A stretch of DNA of 55,469 nt. Source: Flavobacterium sp. Its GTDB lineage: Bacteria > Bacteroidota > Bacteroidia > Flavobacteriales > Flavobacteriaceae. Location of the stretch: positions 1-55,469 of the forward strand of contig JBILPJ010000001.1 in NCBI GenBank assembly GCA_044373975.1, written 5' to 3'. The translations under genes and the position numbers were made by a program. The notes under the pieces are model-generated. The model saw nothing but the letters and a program-made list of their open reading frames with translations, ran no database searches and was not told the DNA's origin. Positions 40,724 through 51,389 of the stretch are shown here, piece by piece. Numbering within the stretch: position 1 is the first letter of the stretch; each line of letters opens with the position of its first letter.

Positions 40724-41290
40724 TTACTTTATTTTCTTTTCAAATCTTCTTTTGGTTCGTTTGAATGCAATATCTTGCCATTCAGCATCAAATGATTTCC
40801 AAAAAACTCTTATTCTTGTTTCTCCACTTTTATAAATTAACACAGACAAGTCTTCATAATTAAAGTAAATATTATGATTATCAGTATCATCAGATAGATA
40901 ATTAGAAAATTCAGTTTTAGCCTTTTCAATTTTGTTCAATAATTCCAATGCTTTCTCTTTTGGTAAGTTTTTGAAACCAAATCCTTGATAAACTAATCCT
41001 GAGTCATTCCAATAATTACCATAAAAACCTAAAATTAGGCCTTCTTTATTTAGTTCATCACAGTTGTATACAAGTGATGTCAATTCCCCAGTTGCAGTTG
41101 CAGCAAGTGGATCAATTTCAAATTTTACAACTTTAGTAGAATTACCTAATATGTCTGAAATTACATAACTCTTTGCTTTATATAAAGAGAGTTCTTTACT
41201 GTATTCCTTTGCGTATATTACGTTATTGTTATTAACAGCAACTTGACTAATTGCAACTTGACTAATCAATATGAGTAAATATTTTTTCAT
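40724..41290 (-). CDS. Hypothetical exported protein (188 aa)
   Basis: ATG ORF with short signal-like N-terminus; no recognised motif. Confidence 0.7.
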   Translation of the reverse strand: MKKYLLILISQVAISQVAVNNNNVIYAKEYSKELSLYKAKSYVISDILGNSTKVVKFEIDPLAATATGELTSLVYNCDELNKEGLILGFYGNYWNDSGLVYQGFGFKNLPKEKALELLNKIEKAKTEFSNYLSDDTDNHNIYFNYEDLSVLIYKSGETRIRVFWKSFDAEWQDIAFKRTKRRFEKKIK

Positions 41291-41619
41291 GTTTTCTTAA
41301 TTTTATTATTTATCTTAATAGAAACTAACTTAAAAATGTAAACTTACATTTTTAATTAATTACCTACAAAAAAACCTGCTTTAATAGAATAGGTTGTAAT
41401 TTAAGTTATTATAATTTAGTATCAAGTTTCTTCGCTATTGCAAGAATCCTTTTGTGCGGCACATGTGAAAAATTAGTTCTACAATACGAAGAAACTATTT
41501 AGGCTTTGAAAGAGCAAATACAATTATTAAAATTATTGCAGGACAAATAAATCGTTCTGTCAGCAGGGATTTTTCTATCCCTCAGGCTTTAAAAATCATT
41601 TCGTACGGTTGCATTTTAT

Positions 41620-41704
41620 AAAAGATATATGGTTATTGCTAAAAAGACATATATCTTTCAAATAATAGATATAGTTCTTTTAATTAAAAGATATATATCT
41701 TTTA
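41620..41704. repeat. Degenerate 22-bp period repeat, 4 quasi-palindromic units
   Basis: AAAGATATAT-like cores at 41621, 41643, 41665, 41687. Confidence 0.6.
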
Positions 41705-41808
41705 GTTTTATTGTCAGTGCGAAAGTATTTTAAGGTAAGGATAGTGTTGTTTTGTTGTGCGGTTGGGTTGAAACTATCTTAATGAAGTAATGTAATCTTT
41801 ATACTTTT

Positions 41809-42159
41809 TTATTTGTTTGAAGAAATTAAATCATTGATTTCAGCCTCTAATCTAGGGAGGTGATTTATTATAATAGACCAAATTGTTTCGTCAGAAATAT
41901 TATCATAAGCATGAATAACTTGATTTCTTAATCCAATGATTGCTTTAGCATTTGTAATTTTGTTTTTAAAACTTATTTCTCTGGTTACTATTCTATTAAT
42001 AGCTTCTCCAATAATTTCTAAATTTCTTTCAACCGCTCTTTTAAGCATTAAGTTGTTTCGGTATTTAAAAAAGTCTTTTTCTTCCTTTTCGAAATAACTA
42101 TTTATTTCATCAATTGACATTTTAATATCAAACAACCATTTAAGAATTCTTTCATCCAT
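41809..42159 (-). CDS. HepT-like (DUF86/HEPN) RNase toxin
   Basis: AVERNLEIIGEA and RNQVIHAY (Rx4H) motifs; overlaps the MNT gene. Confidence 0.92.
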   Translation of the reverse strand: MDERILKWLFDIKMSIDEINSYFEKEEKDFFKYRNNLMLKRAVERNLEIIGEAINRIVTREISFKNKITNAKAIIGLRNQVIHAYDNISDETIWSIIINHLPRLEAEINDLISSNK

Positions 42160-42451
42160 AAATTAACTCTTTAGTCTGGTTAATTGAATTAATCAATATT
42201 GGGTTTTTAAGCGTTTGCTCTTCAAGTAAATCTACCTCTCTACCAAATACAGATTCTAAGTTTTCTTTGAAATTCATATAATTATCAAAATAGTTGGCTA
42301 AAGCTATGGGTTTAAATTTAACCAATAAATCGATGTCGCTTGCCTCATTAAAACTTGAATTTAAGGCAGAACCAAACAGATACATTTTCTCTACATTGTA
42401 TAAATTACAAAGCGTTTTTATGCGTTCAATATGATTTGCTATTTCTATCAT
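42152..42451 (-). CDS. MntA-like minimal nucleotidyltransferase antitoxin
   Basis: LFGS-x10-DID motif, GREVDL; promoter TAAATTTG at 42456-42463 (- strand). Confidence 0.92.
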   Translation of the reverse strand: MIEIANHIERIKTLCNLYNVEKMYLFGSALNSSFNEASDIDLLVKFKPIALANYFDNYMNFKENLESVFGREVDLLEEQTLKNPILINSINQTKELIYG

Positions 42452-42520
42452 TTAACAAATTTAGTCAAAAAAATTGTATTCTCAGTTTTGTAATACATAA
42501 TTAACGGTTGCAATAAAGCA

Positions 42521-44029
42521 TCACATCCCCTTCAATTTCTCCAAATAATCCCGTTGATTTGACAATCTTGGAATTTTATGTTGACCCCCTAATTTGTTCT
42601 GGTCTTTCAGCCAATCATAAAATAAATTCGGTCGTGCAATATTCACTTGCAAGGTATTTAAAGTCATATTATTGTACCGTTTGGCTTCATAATCTGAGTT
42701 TAAAGTTTGCAACGTTTCATCTAGTATTTTTCCGAAAGCAATAGGATCTGACGGGTTTTTCTTGAACTCAATCATCCATTCGTGCGCCCCTTTTTCTTTG
42801 TCTTTCATAAAAATAGGAGCCACCGTATAATCTACCATTTCGGTATTGGTAAGTTGACACGCTTTGGCAATAGCCCGATCGGTATTTTCTACCATTAATT
42901 CTTCTCCAAAAACATTAATATGGTGTTTTGTTCTACCCGTTACCCGAATTCGATACGGATTTAAAGAGGTAAACCGAACAGTATCGCCAATCATATAGCG
43001 CCACAAACCTGAATTTGTAGTAATTACAATAGCGTAATTTTTATTCAATTCAACATCGCACAAGCGAATGGCAATTTGGTTCCAACTTCCAAAAGTTTCC
43101 ATCGGAATGAATTCGTAGAAAATTCCGTAATCCAACATCAACAGTAAATCATTTGAATTATTCAAATCCTGAATAGCAAAAAAGCCTTCGGATGCATTGT
43201 ATATTTCGTAATATTTGAAGTCGCTATTTGGAACTATTTTTTGATATTGTTCCCGATACGGATCAAAACTTACGCCTCCGTGGAAATACACTTCTAAATT
43301 CGGCCAAATTTCTAATAGATTTCCTTTTCCAGTTTCTTCTAAAATTGTATTCATTAACACCAACATCCACGATGGAACGCCAGCAAAACTGGTTACATTT
43401 TCGTGTTTTGTTTCATTGATAATGGCTGCAATTTTGGTTTCCCATTCACTCATCAAGGAAACTTTGTTGCTTGGTGTGCTGCTGTATTCTGCCCAAATCG
43501 GCATATTTTCAATTAGAATTGCAGACAAATCTCCAAAAAAAGTATTGTTGTTTTCATAGATTTGAGAACTGCCACCAAGACGTAAACTTTTGCCCAAAAA
43601 CAACTCTGAATTTTCATTGTTATTCAAATACAAACACAATAAATCTTTGCTTCCTTTATAATGACAATCTTCTAAAGCTTCAGTACTTACAGGGATAAAT
43701 TTGCTTTTGGCATTGGTAGTTCCGCTCGATTTTGCAAACCATTTTATCGGTGTTCCCCAAAAAACATTTTGTTCGCCTTGCCGCGTTCGTTCTATTAAAG
43801 GCTGCAAATCTTCATAAGTTGAAATAGGAACTCTTTCGGTAAAGGTGGCGTATGATTTCATCGATTCAAATCCGTTTTCTAAACCAACAACTGTGTTTTC
43901 AGCAGACCGAATCAGGTTCATTAGCAATTCTTCTTGTACCTCATTTGGATATTTTAAGAACAACTCCATCTGGTGGATGCGCTGTTTTAAAACCCAAGTG
44001 GCAAAGGAATTGATAATTGATATTGGCAT
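42521..44029 (-). CDS. GH3 auxin-responsive family (acyl-adenylate/amido synthetase-like) protein
   Basis: AKSSGTT..KSKFIP, YNASEGFF, GLWRYMIGD, GGQHKIPRL. Confidence 0.9.
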   Translation of the reverse strand: MPISIINSFATWVLKQRIHQMELFLKYPNEVQEELLMNLIRSAENTVVGLENGFESMKSYATFTERVPISTYEDLQPLIERTRQGEQNVFWGTPIKWFAKSSGTTNAKSKFIPVSTEALEDCHYKGSKDLLCLYLNNNENSELFLGKSLRLGGSSQIYENNNTFFGDLSAILIENMPIWAEYSSTPSNKVSLMSEWETKIAAIINETKHENVTSFAGVPSWMLVLMNTILEETGKGNLLEIWPNLEVYFHGGVSFDPYREQYQKIVPNSDFKYYEIYNASEGFFAIQDLNNSNDLLLMLDYGIFYEFIPMETFGSWNQIAIRLCDVELNKNYAIVITTNSGLWRYMIGDTVRFTSLNPYRIRVTGRTKHHINVFGEELMVENTDRAIAKACQLTNTEMVDYTVAPIFMKDKEKGAHEWMIEFKKNPSDPIAFGKILDETLQTLNSDYEAKRYNNMTLNTLQVNIARPNLFYDWLKDQNKLGGQHKIPRLSNQRDYLEKLKGM

Positions 44030-44148
44030 TCTGATTTTATATTTAGATTTAGAATTTTAGATTTGCAAAACGATAAACAAATGCTAACTTTACCAAAAAT
44101 AGCAAATTTTGCGGAACTTTAAACTCAAAACCTTAAACTTTTAAATTA

Positions 44149-44943
44149 ATGACATACGAAGGCGTCCTCAAAAAAATGCAAACCGAGTTTGAAAACCCTA
44201 TTCAATATTATTTGATTTTCAAAGATAGTTTTCTAAACGTCAATCAGTTATTGAATAAAAATGTTGAAATTAATTTTGTAGGTTACGAATGTTTGAACTG
44301 CGGGAAAAAGAAGAAAATTTTTCGCCAAGGATTTTGCTATGATTGTTTTTTCTCAAGTCCTGCGGTAGGTGATTGGATTATGAAACCCGAATTAAGTACG
44401 GCACATCTCGGAATTCAAGATCGAGATTTGGCCTATGAAGAAAAGGTGCAATTGCAACCGCACATTGTATATTTGGCGTTGTCAAGCGAAGTAAAAGTAG
44501 GGGTTACACGCAATACGCAAGTTCCCACGCGTTGGATTGATCAGGGTGCCGAAAAAGCAATTGCTATTGTTGAAGTTCCCAATCGGTATTTGGCAGGAAT
44601 TACAGAAGTTGCCCTAAAAAATCATTTTGCCGATAAAACGAATTGGCGGAAAATGCTTACAAATGATATTGCACACATCGATTTAATTGAAGCACGTTCC
44701 AAATTAGAAGAATTAATACCTGCAGAAGTTCGGGAATATTTTCATTTAGAAAAAAATGATTTATATGAAATGAATTACCCTGTTTTAGAATATCCAAATA
44801 AAATAAACAGTCTAAGTTTAGATAAAACTCCGAATTTCAAAGGAAAATTGACAGGCATAAAAGGGCAATATCTGATTTTTGAAGACGGATCTGTTTTTAA
44901 TGTTCGAAGTTCAGAAGGATATGTGGTACGAATTGATGTTTAA
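44149..44943 (+). CDS. DUF2797 domain protein
   Basis: CLNCG..QGFCYDC Zn-like motif, PHIVYLA..VKVGVTR..PTRWIDQGA, GIKGQYL. Confidence 0.85.
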   Translation: MTYEGVLKKMQTEFENPIQYYLIFKDSFLNVNQLLNKNVEINFVGYECLNCGKKKKIFRQGFCYDCFFSSPAVGDWIMKPELSTAHLGIQDRDLAYEEKVQLQPHIVYLALSSEVKVGVTRNTQVPTRWIDQGAEKAIAIVEVPNRYLAGITEVALKNHFADKTNWRKMLTNDIAHIDLIEARSKLEELIPAEVREYFHLEKNDLYEMNYPVLEYPNKINSLSLDKTPNFKGKLTGIKGQYLIFEDGSVFNVRSSEGYVVRIDV

Positions 44944-45029
44944 ATTTTTTATAAAAATATAATTAAAGTGTTAATTGTTAATTGATTAAAATAATTTATA
45001 CGTACATTTGGTTTTTAAATTCACGTGCA

Positions 45030-45284
45030 ATGACAAATAAATTAACCTTATCGCTTGATGAAAACGTAATAAAAGAGGCGAAAACCTTAGCAAAAACGAA
45101 AGGGAAAAGTCTTTCCAATCTTGTAGAAAATTATTTAAAAGCATTAATTCTTCAAAAACAAAATGCGGAAATTGAAATTTCACCAGCAATTAAACATCTT
45201 GTAGGCTGCATAAAACCCCTTGATGACGACTTGGATTATAAAAATAGTGTCGCCGAAGAAATATATAAAAAGTATCAAAAATGA
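45030..45284 (+). CDS. RHH-type antitoxin (DUF6364-like)
   Basis: KLTLSLDENVIKEAK..GKSLSNLVENYL; start moved to ATG 45030; promoter TACATTTG at 45003-45010. Confidence 0.85.
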   Translation: MTNKLTLSLDENVIKEAKTLAKTKGKSLSNLVENYLKALILQKQNAEIEISPAIKHLVGCIKPLDDDLDYKNSVAEEIYKKYQK

Positions 45285-45706
45285 AGCATTTCTTTTTAGA
45301 TACCAATATAATTATAGATGTTTTGATTGACCGCCAACCCTTTTCAATACAAGGACAACAGCTTTTTGATTTGGGTTTTAAAGCAGAAATTAAATTATAT
45401 ATTTCTGCGGTTTCCTATGCTACAATATATTACTACATTAGAAAAAGTTGTTCTTCACACGATAAAACAATTACAATATTAAAAGAATTAGAGCAATTTA
45501 TTGAAACTACAGACGTGACAAAAGCAATGATTCACAATGCTTTACATTCTAATTTTAAGGATTTTGAAGATGCAATTCAATATAATTCAGCTAGTTCTAA
45601 AAAAATAAATGCCATAATAACAAGAAATCCTAAAGATTTTAAAAACAGCAAATTACTTATTTTATCTGTTGAAGAGGCTTTAGCGATGGTAAAAAAACCT
45701 TTTTAA
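45281..45706 (+). CDS. PIN domain (VapC-like) toxin
   Basis: FLDTNIIID, DFEDAIQ, ITRNPKDF; ATGA overlap with antitoxin. Confidence 0.92.
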   Translation: MKHFFLDTNIIIDVLIDRQPFSIQGQQLFDLGFKAEIKLYISAVSYATIYYYIRKSCSSHDKTITILKELEQFIETTDVTKAMIHNALHSNFKDFEDAIQYNSASSKKINAIITRNPKDFKNSKLLILSVEEALAMVKKPF

Positions 45707-45749
45707 AATCTGTTAAAAAGGCTTTTCAATTCGAATTAAAACGAACTTC

Positions 45750-48314
45750 TTATTTTTTCTTCCCAAAAAACCCTTTCAGCAATCCTTCCGCTTTGGTTTT
45801 CAAATCTTCTTTTGGCGTTTTTGTTTTTGAAGTGTCTTTTTTAGAACCATTCAACAAGTCTTTTAATGCATTTGTTCCTTGATTTAACAATTTTTCTTTT
45901 TGCTGTTTTACCAATTGTGTGGTCAAATTAGTAACCGCACTTTTCATATCGGTAGTCACTTTTGGACTTTTGAAACTTCCTGTAAGAACGGCATTCACTG
46001 GAATATTTTCTAATTTATTTGCATCTGAAGGCGATAATTTTGCAATTAATTTATTGGCTTCAGTGCCTAAATATTTTGCAGGAACATCCAATTTAATAGC
46101 GTAATTCATCAATTGGTCAAAACCGTGTGTTCCGCCAATGGTCGCTTTTATGTCTTGATATTTTATGTCAAACGGCTTCACATTCACTTTTCCGTCTTTA
46201 AAAGAAAGATTCGCTTTCACATCATTCAAATTCAATTTTTGTAAATCGATGAATTTCAAATTGGAACTCAATGCCTTTAGAATTTCAGAATTGGAAGAAT
46301 TTATAGTTGTTGAAAGCATTTGACCTGATAAATCTCCAGAAATTGTTTTTAAATCTGGAGTCATTTTTGTAGCATCTAAATTTCCTGAAAGTTGGATATT
46401 TGAATTCAATTTTCCATTAATAACTCCAGCAATTGGTGCAATTTTTTTCATCATTTCCAATTGGGTAAAAGTTTGCTGAATGTCAACTTGGTTCAATCCC
46501 AAATCCATTTTGAAATTGGGTGTTTTTTCTTTTGTGGAAACCGTTCCGTTCATTCCAATTGTTCCTCCAAAAATGGAAGTTTTCATGTTTTCTAAAGTCG
46601 CTTTTTGATCTTTAATAATTAATTTCCCTGAAACTGCAGTCAAAGTCAAATTATCATAAAGTACCGTATTTGCTTTAGCGGTAAGCGTACAATTTAAAAA
46701 AGCAGGAATTTTCATAGCTTCTTTTGTTGTTGTTATTTCTTTTGGTGTTGCATCAGAAGTCATAAAATCGGAAACTGCCAATTGGTTGGAAACCATATTA
46801 AAATTCCCTTTTAACTCTTGTTTTTTAAATAGAAAACCATAGAAATTATCTAAAACTCCCGTAACATTAAAATCACTTTTTCCAGTGGTAGCCCTAAATT
46901 CTTGTAAATTAATACGACTCGGATTGAACTGAACTGTCGCTTGAGAAATCGCCAATTCCTTCCCTTTATCATCCGTATATTTGAAACCTGACAAACTCAT
47001 TGTTCCTGAATTATCAATGTTTTGATACTCACTTTTGGTTACCGATTCCATATCAAATTTGGTTTTTACATCGGCTTTCAAAATTCCAGAAAGTGGTTTT
47101 TTCAATTTAATTGGATACGCTTTTGATAAGTTTGATAGGTTAATTGTTCCTTTTAAAGCCGCATCAACTAAAGGGTTTTTGGTGACGTTTCGGATATTTG
47201 CTTTAGCATCAAAAATATCTTGGTCGATTTTGAATGACAATTTATCTAAATTTACATAGGTATCATTTAAAACCCCAGTTTCGTTAATTATTTTGGTGTC
47301 AATCACAATATTCTTAACCGATTTTGGTAAGTTTGGATATTGAAACGAAGCGTTATTGGAAGCAATTGCAATGTTGAATTTCGGCACAGATGTATCGGAA
47401 TATAATCCTTTGGCAAAGCCAATAATTGAAAATTCGCCAGTAGTTTTCACGTCTTTTACACTTCCAGAATATGCCGATGGAATCAATCCTAAAAAGTTTT
47501 CAAAGGAAGATGTGGGCGTTTTGAATTTTAAATCATAATTCTGACCGCCAGCCACCATTTGGATAAAACCATCAAATTCCAACGGTAATTTGTTGATTTG
47601 GGCTTTATTTTCCTTGAAAGTATATTTGCTTTTATCTAAATCAATTCCCAAAACCGCATCCAATGTCAAGGAAACTTTTTTCATATAATTGATTTTATCC
47701 ATATCCAAGGAAACTTTTGCGGATGATTTTGTAACCAAATCCAATTTTGATGCCGCAAAATCACCAGTTCCAGAATGGTTCAAACTGTCCAATCTCATTT
47801 TGATTTTTGAACTTTCGTCAAAATACTTGAAAGTATAATTTTCAATAGCGTATTCCTTAATTTTCAATGATAATGGCTTGTTTTTACTTGCATCTTTTTC
47901 ATCTTTTTCCTTTAAAGCAATGTCGAAATTCCCAACCCCATCTTTATTGAATAGGATATTTATCAAACCATTTTTTGAGGAAATCGCTTCAATATTCATC
48001 GCTTCCTCTTTTCCTTTGAACAATTCTTTTATAGACATTTTCAAATTCAATTCTCCCAAATACACCAAAGTATCTCCTTCAAATGGCGCCTTATTGATGA
48101 TACTTAATTTTTCAACAGTGATATTTGCTTGCGGAAAACTCTTGAATAAACTCAAATCAGCATCGGCAAAAGCCACTTTCGCATCTACACTTTCATTAAT
48201 AGATTCGAGGATTTTTGCATTTATCTGATCTTTAAAAAAATAAGGTATTGCAAATAATGCGGCAACGATTAATAGAATTGTAATTCCTGTAATCTTTAAA
48301 ATTTTCTTTTTCAT
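45750..48314 (-). CDS. AsmA-family envelope protein
   Basis: N-terminal TM anchor followed by long beta-rich repeats, AsmA-like C-terminus. Confidence 0.8.
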   Translation of the reverse strand: MKKKILKITGITILLIVAALFAIPYFFKDQINAKILESINESVDAKVAFADADLSLFKSFPQANITVEKLSIINKAPFEGDTLVYLGELNLKMSIKELFKGKEEAMNIEAISSKNGLINILFNKDGVGNFDIALKEKDEKDASKNKPLSLKIKEYAIENYTFKYFDESSKIKMRLDSLNHSGTGDFAASKLDLVTKSSAKVSLDMDKINYMKKVSLTLDAVLGIDLDKSKYTFKENKAQINKLPLEFDGFIQMVAGGQNYDLKFKTPTSSFENFLGLIPSAYSGSVKDVKTTGEFSIIGFAKGLYSDTSVPKFNIAIASNNASFQYPNLPKSVKNIVIDTKIINETGVLNDTYVNLDKLSFKIDQDIFDAKANIRNVTKNPLVDAALKGTINLSNLSKAYPIKLKKPLSGILKADVKTKFDMESVTKSEYQNIDNSGTMSLSGFKYTDDKGKELAISQATVQFNPSRINLQEFRATTGKSDFNVTGVLDNFYGFLFKKQELKGNFNMVSNQLAVSDFMTSDATPKEITTTKEAMKIPAFLNCTLTAKANTVLYDNLTLTAVSGKLIIKDQKATLENMKTSIFGGTIGMNGTVSTKEKTPNFKMDLGLNQVDIQQTFTQLEMMKKIAPIAGVINGKLNSNIQLSGNLDATKMTPDLKTISGDLSGQMLSTTINSSNSEILKALSSNLKFIDLQKLNLNDVKANLSFKDGKVNVKPFDIKYQDIKATIGGTHGFDQLMNYAIKLDVPAKYLGTEANKLIAKLSPSDANKLENIPVNAVLTGSFKSPKVTTDMKSAVTNLTTQLVKQQKEKLLNQGTNALKDLLNGSKKDTSKTKTPKEDLKTKAEGLLKGFFGKKK

Positions 48315-48355
48315 GGGTTTTAATTTTTATAATTTATAACGTAATTATTGCTTTT

Positions 48356-50119
48356 CTATTTTATGTTAATTTCAAAAGGCATCAAAATTTGAGTTCCTTT
48401 TTTAGTGTTCATTTTTCGGATTTGTTCGATGATTTTATAATTTTCAACGCCCACTTCTTCTTTGATAAAATTCTCTTTTGTTTTAAAGAAAGGCAAACCA
48501 AGATTGGTCAATAAATCATCAAAACTTTTTTCATATTGTGGGAAATTCTGTGTTTTATAAGTGCTTATTTTAGCCAATTTCGCCGCTTCTTTAAGTGCAG
48601 CATCCATCCCTCCAATTTCATCAACCAAACCAACATTCAAAGCTTCAGTACCTGACCAAACCCGACCTTGTGCAATTGCATCAACTTGCGCAAATGTCAT
48701 TTTTCGTCCCGCTGCTACTCGGTTTATAAACGTATTGTAAATGCGTTCCACACTTTCTTGCGTAACAATTCTGAATTTTTCATCCAATGGTTTGAATACG
48801 CTGTATTCGGCAGCATTATCGTGCGTATTGACTTGCTCCACGTGAATTCCAACTTTATCAATCAATTTTGAAAAGTTAGGTAAAGTTCCAAAAACTCCAA
48901 TAGATCCTGTAATTGTATTGGCTTCAGCGAAAATTTTATTGGCATTGCAAGCAAGATAATAACCGCCCGAAGCCGCATAATTCCCCATAGAAACCACCAC
49001 AGGTTTTACTTTTTTGGTCAATTCAATTTCTCTCCAAATCAAATCCGAGGTTAACGCATTTCCCCCAGGACTATCAATTCGCAGCACAATTGCTTTAATG
49101 TTTTCATTTTTACGAGCATCTTGTAGTGATCGACGCATTGAACCTTCGCCAATTATATTCAAATCGCCTTCGCCATTTCCAATTTCGCCTTGAGCGTAAA
49201 TAATTGCGATTTTATCTTTTGATGAATTTTCCTTCACTGTTTTTGCAACATTATCAGCATAATCTTTGATGTCAATTTTGTTGTAATCTTCATCGGAATC
49301 AACTTTTATTGCTTTTCTAATTGCATTATGATATTCATCTTCATAAGCAATTACATCGACTAATTTCTGTGCTTTTGCCATTTCTGGTGTTCGTGCCAAA
49401 AGTCCATTTGCAATAGTATTTAATTGCAAAACGGAAATATTTCTACTTTTTGAAATATCAGTAACCATCGAATTCCAAACCGAATTTAGCAACGCCAAAA
49501 CTTGTTCTCTGTTGGCTGGACTCATTTCATTTTCTAAAAATGGCTCTACCGCACTTTTGTATTTTCCGTGTCGAATTACTTCCATTTTCAAACCCGATTT
49601 TTCCTGAAAATCTTTAAAAAATAATACTTCCGAAGACAATCCTTTAAAATCTAATTCTCCAATTGGGTTGATATACACCGTATTTGCTACGGAATTTAAG
49701 TAATATTCTTTTTGGGAATACATATTAGAATAGGCATAAACAAATTTCCCTGATTTTTTGAACGCTTCTAATTCGTCTCGAAGGGATTTTAATTGTGCCA
49801 TTCCTAAATCGGATTCATCATTCAAAATCGATATTCCTTTAATGTTGTCATCGGTTTTGGCTTCGTCTATGGCGCGAATTACATCAGATAAACCGTCGTG
49901 TTTTACTTCAAAATAATCAAAATCTTTGAAGTTGAATTTTCCAGCATAATCATTTTTGATTTCTGATAAATCCAATTCAATTACAGAATTATTTTCTACA
50001 GGAACTTCATCGGAACCACCACTAAAAACAGCGCTAATTAATAGAATCCCGAAGAACAACAGCATAAAAAACACAAATAAACCGACAATTGTCGCCAAAA
50101 CATTTCCTAAAAATCTCAT
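48356..50119 (-). CDS. sppA: Signal peptide peptidase SppA (67 kDa type)
   Basis: GKYKSAVEPF, LRIDSPGG, SMGNYAASGGYY, TGSIGV, AQGRVWSG. Confidence 0.95.
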   Translation of the reverse strand: MRFLGNVLATIVGLFVFFMLLFFGILLISAVFSGGSDEVPVENNSVIELDLSEIKNDYAGKFNFKDFDYFEVKHDGLSDVIRAIDEAKTDDNIKGISILNDESDLGMAQLKSLRDELEAFKKSGKFVYAYSNMYSQKEYYLNSVANTVYINPIGELDFKGLSSEVLFFKDFQEKSGLKMEVIRHGKYKSAVEPFLENEMSPANREQVLALLNSVWNSMVTDISKSRNISVLQLNTIANGLLARTPEMAKAQKLVDVIAYEDEYHNAIRKAIKVDSDEDYNKIDIKDYADNVAKTVKENSSKDKIAIIYAQGEIGNGEGDLNIIGEGSMRRSLQDARKNENIKAIVLRIDSPGGNALTSDLIWREIELTKKVKPVVVSMGNYAASGGYYLACNANKIFAEANTITGSIGVFGTLPNFSKLIDKVGIHVEQVNTHDNAAEYSVFKPLDEKFRIVTQESVERIYNTFINRVAAGRKMTFAQVDAIAQGRVWSGTEALNVGLVDEIGGMDAALKEAAKLAKISTYKTQNFPQYEKSFDDLLTNLGLPFFKTKENFIKEEVGVENYKIIEQIRKMNTKKGTQILMPFEINIK

Positions 50120-50248
50120 ATATTTCTTTTATAAATAAGTACAAATAGTTGTTTTAAACTCAATTTAAAACGCTTTTAAAATAAATTTATTAACAGTCTT
50201 TGCAAATATACTTCAAATCTTAATTTCTTTTGTTAATTTGCGGTTAAT

Positions 50249-51388
50249 ATGAAAATACAAAACCAAGCCGTTTTATCGATAGGAAGCAATCAAGGCAATC
50301 GTCTTGAAAATATCCAACAATGCATTCAATTGATTCAGTTGGAACTCGGTACGGTTTTCAAAGTCTCAAAATTATACGAAACTCCTTCTTGGGGTTTTGA
50401 AAGTGATGCTTTTTATAATTGTGCAATTGCAATTCACACGCATAAATCGCCGCTGAAATTATTGTCTGCAATTCTGAAAATCGAAAAAAAATTAGGTAGA
50501 ATTCGAAAAGAGCAGCAACTTGGTTATCAATCGCGAACCATCGATATTGATATTATTAGTTTTGAAAATGAAATCGTTCAAACGGAAACTTTAGAAATTC
50601 CGCATCCGCAAATGCAAAACCGTTTGTTTGTTTTATTACCAGTAAACGACTTGCAATTGGATTTTGTGCATCCTATTTTCGAGAAAACGATTCCAGTTTT
50701 AATTGATGAATGTGAAGATAAAAGCGTTTGTAAAATAGTTTCTAATTTAGAATTACCATTAGAAAAATACAATTTGCAACAATACAATTACATTGCAATT
50801 GAAGGGAATATTGGCGCAGGAAAAACAACTTTGGCGTCTAAAATTGCCGAAGATTTTAATGCAAAAACTGTTTTTGAACGTTTTGCTGATAATCCGTTTT
50901 TACCAAAATTTTATAAAGATCAAAACCGATATGCATTTCCATTAGAAATGTCATTTTTGGCGGACAGATACCAACAATTATCAGATGATTTGGCGCAATT
51001 TGATTTGTTTAAAGATTTTATTGTTGCCGATTATCACATATTCAAATCCTTAATTTTTGCAAAAGTTACCTTGCAAGAAGATGAATATCGATTGTATAAA
51101 ACGCTTTTTGATATTATTTACAAGGAAATGCCAAAGCCTGATTTGTATGTCTATTTGTATCAAAATACAGATCGATTATTGCAAAATATCAAACGCAGAG
51201 GCAGAAGTTACGAGCAAGAAATTCCAGCTGATTATTTGGATAAAATCAATAAAGGATATTTGGATTATATCAAATCTCAAACCAACTTAAACGTATTAAT
51301 TATTGATGTTTCCGAAAGAGATTTCGTCAAGAAACAAAGCGATTATGTTTTTATTTTGGAAGAAATTAGAAAGAAATTAGCGGAATAA
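50249..51388 (+). CDS. folK: FolK (HPPK) fused to a deoxynucleoside kinase domain
   Basis: LSIGSNQG, SRTIDIDI, IPHP; second domain IAIEGNIGAGKTT. Confidence 0.92.
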   Translation: MKIQNQAVLSIGSNQGNRLENIQQCIQLIQLELGTVFKVSKLYETPSWGFESDAFYNCAIAIHTHKSPLKLLSAILKIEKKLGRIRKEQQLGYQSRTIDIDIISFENEIVQTETLEIPHPQMQNRLFVLLPVNDLQLDFVHPIFEKTIPVLIDECEDKSVCKIVSNLELPLEKYNLQQYNYIAIEGNIGAGKTTLASKIAEDFNAKTVFERFADNPFLPKFYKDQNRYAFPLEMSFLADRYQQLSDDLAQFDLFKDFIVADYHIFKSLIFAKVTLQEDEYRLYKTLFDIIYKEMPKPDLYVYLYQNTDRLLQNIKRRGRSYEQEIPADYLDKINKGYLDYIKSQTNLNVLIIDVSERDFVKKQSDYVFILEEIRKKLAE

Positions 51389-51389
51389 A

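Noticed and set aside
50249-51388. FolK-deoxynucleoside kinase fusion as a novelty
   Set aside because: To my knowledge this fusion is common in Flavobacteriaceae; recorded as a feature only.
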